The notes under the pieces: generated by a model
Seen by the model: the letters and a program-made list of their open reading frames with translations, nothing else
Told to the model about the DNA's origin: nothing
The model's database searches: none
Shown here: positions 1 through 8,987 of the stretch, piece by piece
Position numbering within the stretch: position 1 is the stretch's first letter
How the letters are laid out: each line of letters opens with the position of its first letter
Made by a program: the position numbers and the translations under genes
Assembly: GCA_021432655.1 (NCBI GenBank)
Contig: MU271181.1
Span: 263,189-309,835, forward strand
Source of the DNA: Atractiella rhizophila
Taxonomy: Eukaryota
Direction: 5' to 3'
Length of the DNA stretch: 46,647 nucleotides

Positions 1-725
1 GCTGTGGTGGGACCATAATGTGGCAACGGGGGGTTAATGGTTCCAGGAAGCAAAGAGTAATGTGAGTTGCGCCCACCTGTCGACTGTCGAAAGACGGTTA
101 TGACAAGTGGATAGCTGATACGCTGCTATGGGTCCCTGGGCATCTGCGCTCCTTGATTGGCTCCAGGGCTATTCCAAGGTATAAGGAGACGAGTGGGAGA
201 TGACAGGAGGTGCGAAGTGATATGAGGGAGGTGGATGAGATCCAACCTGGGGACCTTCTGCATTGTACGATGGAGACGGCGTCAGGTTCGAGCGTTGCGT
301 GCTGAAGGCAAGGCCTTCCATATTGCTTCTGGCGTTGAAGTTCTCTACAAGAAAAACGAAAATGATGAGAATGAGAAGGGAAGGAAAGAGGCAAGCCCGC
401 AATCCATAATCCAATGCTCAGCTGAACCAAGTGACAATATAGTTTGGACAATCAACCTGGTAATTCATGCATCAATGTTATCTGTTCATCGGGTCTGGCT
501 CGATCAGCACGGGTGGTTTGTTTAGGCAAGATCGCCTCTTGTTCGGCTGCAGGTCCCTGTTCCCGTCATGTTGCCACCTCCCCTTCCTCGCTTCAAGCAG
601 TTTGACTCTGCACAGTGCTTCCAATCATCAAAAGTTCTTCTCTGAATGTTGACGAGAATAAAGCCATCAGACAAATGGGAAGGGATAGTGTGACGAGCAT
701 CTATGAGGCTGTCTTTGCTCAATTG

Positions 726-886
726 GGCAGTCGCCACAGGGGTCGGAGTTGGTCGGCGATAAAACTGGTTGACCAGTTTTGACCTGCTTTTTGGCTTGCA
801 AATTTTCTCAAAATTGAAGCGCAAAACCATTTTTCGCTTGCGGCCTCCGGCCGCTTGGGCAAACCCCTGGGGGCGACTAGTTTGCC
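726..886 (+). repeat. Multi-hairpin dispersed element, copy 1
   Basis: Ends GGCAGTCGCCACAGGGGT...ACCCCTGGGGGCGACTAGTTTGCC. Internal AAAACTGGT-TG-ACCAGTTTT (761-780), AATTTT-CTC-AAAATT and GCGGCC-TCC-GGCCGC. Aligns by eye to 19737-19900, 23542-23676 and 37217-37373. Ends 75 bp before the ATG at 962. Confidence 0.9.
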
Positions 887-961
887 ACTTCCCCCCCGCA
901 TCAAATAGCGTTCCTTCAGAACATTGCCAGTACCAATCTTTGTTCTTTACGAGCCAGCACA

Positions 962-3365
962 ATGTCAACTCACGGCGAAGTCTACGAGTTACTTTTTCAA
1001 ATAGTGCAACCTGGTGATGAAAATCACATTGTCAGCAAAACGTCTGTTATCGAATTTCCTGCCCATAAAACAGTGGCAGCGTTAGAGAAGGCGATGCGTC
1101 AGGAGTTTCCGGAATATCTCAGCGACCACAGATTTGACTTGTGGATGCTGGACCCTAAGCTGCCCAGCAAGGAGCGACAACTTCTGAAGACAATCAAGTT
1201 CCCCTCCGAAAGATTGAGAGAACTTGACCCTGCGTTTCGGCTAGCAGATTATTGGCAACAAGCGCCCGCCAGTGGATTTCTACATTTCGTGGTAGAGTTA
1301 CGTCTGCCTTCTCAAGAACGCCCACCTTCTCGTAAGGATTCCTTGGTGATCCTTCTTCCACTGACCTGTTGCCTAGCCTGGCATTATCATGGTAGCCTGG
1401 ATGAGTATCAATCCCGCGCACGTATCAAGACATCGACAAGAGGATCATTCTTGCCTCACTCTCTTCTTGCAGAAAACCGAATCTTCCCGGTCGACGTCCC
1501 GCGCACTAGACCGGACAACTCCCATGAAGATGGCAACATTGCAGCGCTCCGCCAAGCGAAAGCCACGTTAGGCAAACCGTTCCTGCTCCCCGTTGATCCT
1601 GACCCCGCTATGCTCGCAATCGGAACATCGCTTCAAAATGAGTTTTTCGGAGGTGCTGGGACCCATGGCCGAAGAGCAACGAAGGCAGAGCTTAGCCATT
1701 ATCATCATGTTGCTGTGGTCGAGGTACCTATGGAGAGATTTTTAGACGGCAAACAGGCGTATGTCAACTGGACCTACTTGATGCCTGTCGCGAGCGAGCT
1801 TTCCTGCCAGAGATATGGATTGATCAAAGTGTCCGAATTCGTCGCGTAAGCTCTCGCTCCTTATCGTTGACCGCTGCCAACGTAACCTATTGTTCAGGGA
1901 TAAGTCATGGCCAATTTGTCTCTATCCTTGCACTCCTGAATCGTCAAACAACCCCGCCATGCAGTACAAATATCAGCCTCGCAGCGACTTTCAGATTCGA
2001 CAGCATGGGATCCCCCAGGTTCTTGTCGAAATACAATCAAAAAAGACAGGAGAAGATCGGATTCGGATGTTACTGCAAGGTGCAGCCGTTGTCAGAGTTG
2101 TGCAACATGGAATCAAAAGTGATGCAGCGAAACCACATATTCTTATCGCTTACTATATCACCAACGAATTGGTCGCCCAGCAATATATATTGTGCGTTGA
2201 TCCAAACACAGTCAGTCAATTTTCTAGCTTGTCACCTGTTGATTCTGATTTGTCACAGGAAGATGTGTTTTACTCAGAGAACACGTTTGATCTCACCCGT
2301 CGTGAGAATGCATTCAAGTTTCTGCTTGAGTTATACAACTGCCGATTGGTGATCGACTCGGACGAAAGCGCAATGAAAGCCACAGCGAAGCGCATCGAAG
2401 AGAGCTTGAACTCTTTGGACCAGCTTCCGTCATTCACGGGCGGTGATACTTCGAATAAGAAACGCAAAACTAGTCATGGAAACGAGGGGACCGAAGGACA
2501 CGAAGGGAACAAAGGCGGGCTTCTTGCGGTCCCGCAACTGCAATCTTACCTCAGTAAGTTGGGATATCTATTGGAGTCGCCTAGGGCTGAAGGTTCCTGG
2601 AGTCCATTGGAAAATGTGCGTATTTCAAGTTATCGAATTCATCATCCTGAAGTATGACAATAGCTTTCACATCCGTCAGTGGTGGCGGCCTGCGCGCGAG
2701 ACGGAACCCGCGTGATGATCAAGCGCGCATGGAGCCTCAGGGAAGCTCAAGTTCAACAATGTCTGGCGAGTACCTCCGATGTTAGAAACCACACGATGAA
2801 CACTCGCGAAATTTTAGAATTCCAGCAAGACACGCTACTTGTTCTTCCTCGTGGGATTCCTTTGCCGTCCTTACGTCTGGATACACCGCTCGCAATATTC
2901 TTGGCAGAACAACTGATCGAAGGCGTGGGTTTCATGCACAGTCATGGATTTGTACATCTGGACTTGAAACCGAACAATCTCGTCGTCATCTCCAACCTCC
3001 TTAAAATCATCGATTTTGGATTGTCTCGCAAAGTCGCCCGCGATACTGTCTTGAAAGGATATCGCGGAACTCGACCATGGGTGGCCCCTGAACTTGGAAC
3101 TGAAGACGGACCAGAGCCAGCATTTCATCCCATCCCCGCTGATCTATGGGCTGTTGGTCGGATTATTTCTCGTTTCTTCGGTCCATTCCTTCCGCCGGGG
3201 CACTATCTTTTTCATCTTGCATCTCAGTTGATGTCAAAGGATCCTCAATCGCGGCCGCGACTGGACGATTTTAATGGGAGACCAAAGAAAAGAACATTGG
3301 AATCATTAGGCCTGGAATGCGGATGGAGCAATGGCGTCAAACGGAGACATCTCATTCCCGGTTAA
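962..3365 (+). CDS. Crinkler(CRN)-like protein: ubiquitin-like N-terminal header + PD-(D/E)xK-like nuclease + Ser/Thr kinase-like domain, ~731 aa, intact
   Basis: Exons 962-1331, 1377-1830, 1898-2210, 2259-2615, 2664-3365 splice at GT..AG into one frame. The 45- and 48-nt introns 1 and 3 are in-frame and are inferred from the paralogue. CRN-like TVAALEKA..FDLWML..LADYW..LHFVV; nuclease-like PRSDF..LVEIQS..DRIRMLLQ; kinase MIK, HLDLKPNN, DFG, GTRPWVAPE, DLWAVG; basic NLS-like SNKKRK and KRRH. Confidence 0.85.
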
Positions 3366-4399
3366 GTTCGGTGCTCAGTTGGTGAAGTGGCAGCAACAGC
3401 ACATATGAATAGCAGTGTTCGAATTGCTATTAAAACTGCCATTGTCATTGTTAGCGGAACGCATACGCCTCCCTACAAATGAACGTACACGCAATCTCAT
3501 CCTTACCTCTAAAAGCCATCTATTCTTGGCATGAGTCATAAAACACACTTTTGAGCATCCATACCTCCCTCAGCAGGCACATTGAAACGAAATGAATTAC
3601 ACCATCTTACTGAAGATGCTTGTGCCTTTCTGAAGCCGTGAGGAAATTTTGTTCTGAAGGGGGTAAAAAAATGTGTTTCATACTGGACTCAAACCCTCAT
3701 AACAGTCACAACAGGGTTCAAGGGCATGATGAGGAATGCAGATCGCAGTGCCACTAGAGCATATAGGAGTGGCGAAGCAGTGGAGGCAAAAGAACAATTG
3801 ATGAGCAGTGAATATGTGAAGAATAGTCAGTGTCGTTATCGCTCATGACTGAGAGGTTGACTCTTGCCTGAACTTAAATGAATTTTGGAGAGGAGCACAT
3901 CCTGAAAGTACCCAGACCCAGGCCAGTGAGTGTGGAGGGGTAAGATAGGTGTAGTGAATTTATGTGAGTTGGTCTGGTACATTCCATGAGTTCCATCATT
4001 ACAGAGGAAGGATAGGATCGACAGACATTGCCTACGCATGAAGAACATCATGTCGTCCAATATCCATGCCACCTGCCCATCATCAAGTTGACATCAACAA
4101 ACACCATTACATCCATTACAGAATGGAAAATGGAGGAGGTAAGAGAGACATACTGTCAGGACCTGAGCACTCACAAATTTCCATCTCCAATAATGAACCA
4201 GGGCAGTATCAGTATGGTCGAGAACGGCGGAGATTGATCATGGTAGTCTACGAGATATTGGGGTACTTGCTTGAGGTTTGAGCGCAAGCTGCGCTGTGGG
4301 AAACCTGAGGAAAGGTGAAGTGGTTACCATGACATTCTGTAAGAGAAATTTGTGGTCAAAAGGGCGGCGACAGACCTAGTACGGTAATCATCCATGTTA

Positions 4400-5014
4400 A
4401 AGAATACTTTAGGCTAACCTGAGACCATCCACATCCTTGTCAATTCTAGATCAATCTTGATGGAGTGTGTTTTTCAGTTCTGTCAACTTGGGCCATCAAC
4501 AGCCGGTGCTCAGGGACAGCCCAGCTAGTCCCCTTGTTGACCGGCTTGTCGTAGCTACCCGCGATATTTTCCGCAACAAGCGTCACCGGAGAATAAGGGG
4601 AGAACCAATGTTCAAAGCTTGGTCATAGTGGGAAGAGAGGCACACCTGGGGATGTGACCATAGAATGAACCCTGCGAAACTTTATCGGCAAGATTGTATC
4701 CCTTGCTCACAGCATTGGCGGACTTGTAACCTTCGCTCACCACCTGTGTCGCCAACTTGTAGTTGCTTGAGGGAAGATCAGAGTAAATGGGATTCCTGGT
4801 GTAGGAAGGAGACTTCGCAGCCTTATCCGCCAGACATTTGCCGCCTTATATGCCTCGCTCGCAACTTTGGTTGCAAGCTTGTAATCGCTCGTGGGAAGAG
4901 AGGTATAGCTTGGATTCTTGGGATGCTTTCCGAGTTCTTCCGCTTGGGTATAACACCGGTATCCCCATTGGTAATTACCATACTGTCCTTGGCATACAGG
5001 TTAACTGGCAACAT
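4400..5014 (-). pseudogene. Degenerate gene with short internal peptide repeats, unknown product
   Basis: Minus-strand translation gives NPSYTSLPTSDYKLATKVA / NPIYSDLPSSNYKLATQVV and YNLADKV / KCLADKA, with stops and a frameshift after the ATG at 5014. The 3' limit is approximate. Confidence 0.35.
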
Positions 5015-5038
5015 GGCTCTGCTGACACAGGTCTGCTA

Positions 5039-5136
5039 GTTTGCCGCCTCAGTTTTGATGAGGATTTGCATTTAGCCGACCACTTTTGGAGCAGTTTTTA
5101 ACCCCAACATGGCCGAACCCTAGGGTGACGGGTCTG
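5039..5136 (-). repeat. Diverged partial copy of the multi-hairpin element
   Basis: Reverse complement reads CAGACCCGTCACCCTAGGGTTCGG...AAAAGTGGTCG...GCAAATCCTCATCAAAACTGAGGCGGCAAAC, the same module order as the full copies. Confidence 0.6.
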
Positions 5137-5399
5137 GTTCTTTTTCACCAGTTGCTGGAATAATGTGCATCACATAAAAAATCAATGAGCAACGAACAAC
5201 TGTAATGCAGTGCAAAAGGGTTACACAGCAAAACTACAAGATGTCAATATTCAACCAGATCAAAAAGGACACAGATGAAGAGAAAAGGAGTCAGCTGATT
5301 TTGAATTGACCACGCAAGTCAGTGAAGAAAGTGCCTTCTGGATTGACCAATCCATCAGATCTTTTTGTAGATGAGAACAACAGAAACATACCTCACTTC

Positions 5400-6897
5400 C
5401 ATTTCACATAAAATCTCTGGTGTCCTCTTATCAATATCTCCATCGGTATTTCAGGAGGAAAAAGGAGTACGACCTCAACATGTTTTCGAAGAGCCAATTG
5501 TTGAGTGTGAGAGATGAGGGGATGGTTGAGAATGCGGCGTTTCGTATTGGAGAAGCTCGTCCAATTGAACATCTGGTCAGCTCCTGTCACATGAAACCCA
5601 AACTATTCATGATAGATAGTAATCCTCTGGCAATCCTGAAAGGCTCTGAACATGGTCTAATACTCATCAGCCTGAGTTGAGGCAATACTGGGTAGAGACG
5701 TTTGTGTGCGGTTTTGGTGCTCAGCATGCTCATGTTGAGACTAGGATCCTTCCTATCCCACTGGGAAGTGTACATTGCAAAAGAAACTCACCTACGATCC
5801 TTTCTATCACCCTGGGAAGCATGAGGGAAAATTCCTGGTAAGTGGGTCTATATGTATTTTTATATTGTGAGGCACTCATGTAATAGTAGTTGTCAAGGTT
5901 TGTCGTTTATCTCCAACAGCTCAGTAGTCTAATCAATGCTGTTGATTCTATTGTGAGGGCTGAATAGAACGAAAATTACAATGTGGTGAAACATGGCTTT
6001 ATATATTGTTCCTATCTGAGGCAGGGTTCTACTCTGGTTGAGAGGCAACATTTTTGCCAGCATCCTTCCTCTGTCACAGGGCAGTTGAACCCTGGTACGG
6101 TTAGTAGAATACTGGTGGTAGTCTACTCCATGAAATTGCAGAGTCTGTGAATGAAGGTACATAAATGGGAAGCATATGACTAAGTCAGGAAGCCACGATC
6201 CAGGAGATTGTGAAAGTGAGTCCCAAAGCAAAAGCGAAACTGAATCAGAGTTCGGCTAGGATTAGGCATCCTATCTACCTTGTATTTTTCTGCACACCCA
6301 ATTGCAATGCACTGAGATCACCTAGAGGGATGAGATCAGGCGGTACTTGGAAGATGACCTGGAGAAGACTCACAAGGACTTCAATGTACTGGCTTTGTGG
6401 AATGGGAATGGCCAGGAAACCGGTATCCTAATTTTGTGAAGCTAGCAATAGCTGTGCTCTCCTGCCTTGGGGCATACCATTTCCTTACTCCCTGCCTTCT
6501 GGTGACCCTTCCTTAGTGACCAGTACCGATGCAGAACACAATTCCAATGTGGGAGGACTTCAGATCACCAGTCTTTGGCACAATCTATCCCAAGATTCAT
6601 TTTGTGCTGCTATGGCTTTAGGCTCCTGGTATGATGCTGGATTGCTTTCTGGGACAGACAAAGAGCTTTTTGATTACTTTAAGACAAAGTAGACATATAT
6701 ACACATACAAACCAATCAGAACTACTCTTTCGTGTCCTGCATCGTGACTGAATCATGCAGTGCCATGAATAATCACCTGAGAATCATGACTTGAATGCAA
6801 TGTGTGTTTGGCGACATGACGATGAATTGAAATTTTGGTTAAAAAGTATGACTAGCCATCATGAACTTGTCATGTGAACTTGTCGTGCAAGTCCCTA
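5400..6897 (+). mobile_element. Decayed hAT-superfamily DNA transposon (3' part of transposase and right terminus)
   Basis: 6329-6650 translates, with a frameshift and an intron, as DEIRRYLEDD..FNVLALW..RYPNFVKLAIAVLSCLG / TSTDAEHNSNVGGLQIT..HNLSQDSFCAAMALGSWY, the hAT C-terminal dimerisation motif. Subterminal ATCATGA/GAACTTGTC repeats end in CAAGTCCCTA (6897). Left limit approximate. Confidence 0.75.
5733..5918. mobile_element. Solo LTR (family A) with 5-bp TSD GCTCA
   Basis: TGTTGAGA...TCTCCAACA termini, GCTCA on both flanks, homologous to 15655-15804. Confidence 0.9.
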
Positions 6898-7287
6898 CAT
6901 GCATCACATTTGTTGGTATACTGACCAAATTCCTTCACGATGACCTCTGGACCCAACCTTTACAGATCTATTATCAGCAATGGGCTCAAAAAGGTCAGCA
7001 AATAGAGGTGTACCAAGTTGTCCTCAACTTGATTTACTGAACCATCTTCGCTAAGCCAAAATCTGCAATCTTCACGACAGGGTTTATCCCACGAGAAATG
7101 AGAATGCTACCAGGCTTGGGATCGTGATGAACAATCTTTTTGGCATGAAAGGCAGTGATAGCTGGGAAGAACATCTTAGCAATATTCCTCGGGTCTTCGT
7201 CGAATAAACCTCCATGTTGTGAGACATAACTGTGGAGGTCTCCATCATTGACCTATTCAAGGATCAGACAAAGGTCATTGTTGTCGT
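6898..7287 (-). pseudogene. Internal fragment of a Chk2/Rad53-like kinase, paralogous to 22088-22487
   Basis: Colinear DNA match to 22088-22487, including an intron. Translates NDLCLILE*VNDGDLHSYVSQHGGL..HAKKIVHHDPKPGSILI..VKIADFGLAKMVQ. Confidence 0.85.
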
Positions 7288-7427
7288 CAAATCATTCGTT
7301 GAGTCAAGTCTCTAACTGGTTCATCAACATTAAGGAGGCACAAGCATCTCCTGATGTTGTACACTGATTTGAAGGAGTCAAGGTCAGAGGCAAGCCTACT
7401 GGGATGATGAAAAAGACTTCCAGGAAC

Positions 7428-7870
7428 ATTGTGCGCCTTCTCCATTTGCCACTTGCGCACTTGCGTGTTTAGTTTCCTTTGAGCATCTTCTAGAACTGTG
7501 GCGAATCCTTTTTGCCACAGGGATTCTAGCAGGGGCTTGAGAGCCAATAGTATTCCGTGCAGGGTGGTGGAGAGCATTGGCAAAGGCGTTTTGGTTGATG
7601 CTGGTTGACGTTGTGAACACTACAGGAAAACTGCTGCGCGACTGCAGCCTGATGCTGCATTGAAGGCTGCTATATCTTCCTTGAGATCGACTCAATCAGC
7701 CTCAGAATCACTTCATAGACATCCAGGGAGCCTATTAGGATATAGAAAACTATGTGTTGCAATTTTTGAATTTCCGAGTCTGCAAAAAGTCAAATTTTGA
7801 ATTTCCTAACCCTCTCTACTGAGTATGAGTCTCGCACTTGCAGGTTTACAAGCTTTTATAACGGAGACTC
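7428..7870. repeat. Two displaced fragments of the dehydrogenase pseudogene at 39.0-39.15 kb, in opposite orientations
   Basis: 7428-7526 is an inverted match to 39058-39152. 7820-7870 is a direct match to 39010-39061. Confidence 0.8.
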
Positions 7871-8225
7871 CATTGTCAACATACTCGAAAGTTAAATAGG
7901 AGAGGAGGATATTCTTGACGTGACACGCTGTCAAACTTTAGTAACCATACAATGGAGAGAATAGTACTTACAAGAATAGGTATTAGGGAGCTTGTGGACT
8001 TGATGGCAGGTGGATGGTGAATGTCGTTCCCAGAAAGTTCCGCACATGATTTATGTTCCCCCTCAAAATTCCATAACTTCAAACAGCACTCCCTCAGTCC
8101 ACAGCAACCACAGCAAGAACAGAATTGCAGCTACAAGCTCAGTGACTGTATTTCTACATTCCTATTGCATTTTACAATTTATTTGAAAATTCAAGAAACT
8201 TTTTTGAATTTCCTAACCCTCTCTA

Positions 8226-8367
8226 GTGTTATCTTGCACTTTGCAGGTCATGTAGCTTCTTTACATACTGCAACTCATACTGAATGTTATCTTGCACTTC
8301 ACAAGCCATGTAGTTTCTTTACATACTGAATGCAACTCATACTCAGTGTTATCTCCACACTTCACAG
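8226..8367. repeat. Tandem repeat, ~60-bp unit, ~2.3 copies
   Basis: GTTATCTTGCACTT..CATGTAG(C/T)TTCTTTACATACTG..CAACTCATACT repeated at ~8228 and ~8286, with a partial copy at 8348. Confidence 0.8.
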
Positions 8368-8526
8368 TGCTTGTACATTTGTGGAGGGGAAGACGATCAA
8401 GACTAAGGTCAGTCTCACTCCCGATAATCCGAGGCAGCCCACTGCTGTGTCATCGAATCCTTTCTCAATGGACATTCAATGTGGCAACAACCCATGTGTG
8501 AGTGGCAAAAGCGAAAAAGGATGAAA

Positions 8527-8987
8527 TCACGCACTTTGAAGCAGATGGGAAGAGACGAAGAACCTTCGTTGTGCATCTCCCAGTAATCCATCTATAGCGG
8601 CGAAGGAATAATTCAAGACATGGTCGTCCCCTTCCTCTTTATCTTCAATCTCCCGTTTCCTCTTAGCCATCCTGGCGACGCTGACAACGTCTGCCTGCAG
8701 GTGGCGGAAAGAAGTATAACCGGTGTTTTGGGACGGTAATTCAGTGATTTTCCACCTGTATCGACAGAGTATCAGGTGGACTCTGCAACAAAAGAGTTGA
8801 AAGGGACGCACCGACGTCCTGTGAGTGACTTCTCATGACTTTTCCTTCCACCCTGAGCCTTCCTAACTTGATGAACGAAGACACATGGTACTTTTAGAGA
8901 CAGGCAGCGCTCGCAGACTGTCCGTTGGTATCCCTTGAAGCACTCTGAGTCCGACTTTCGGCACGCTGTGCAAGCACTAATGGGCAT
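8527..8987 (-). CDS. Small Zn(II)2Cys6 binuclear-cluster protein (possibly truncated or pseudogenised)
   Basis: MPISACTACRKSDSECFKGYQRTVCERCLSLKVPCVF fits C-x2-C-x6-C-x8-C-x2-C-x6-C. Downstream exon structure is uncertain. Confidence 0.65.

Noticed and set aside
726..886. tRNA/SINE, hammerhead ribozyme or CRISPR interpretation of the hairpin element
   Set aside because: No A/B boxes or TTC loop, no CTGANGA/GAAA core, and copies are dispersed rather than regularly spaced with spacers.
522..1017. Mutually similar ORFs over the hairpin element (also 19589-20162, 23304-23755, 37157-37450)
   Set aside because: The similarity comes from the non-coding repeat; indels between copies do not preserve any frame.
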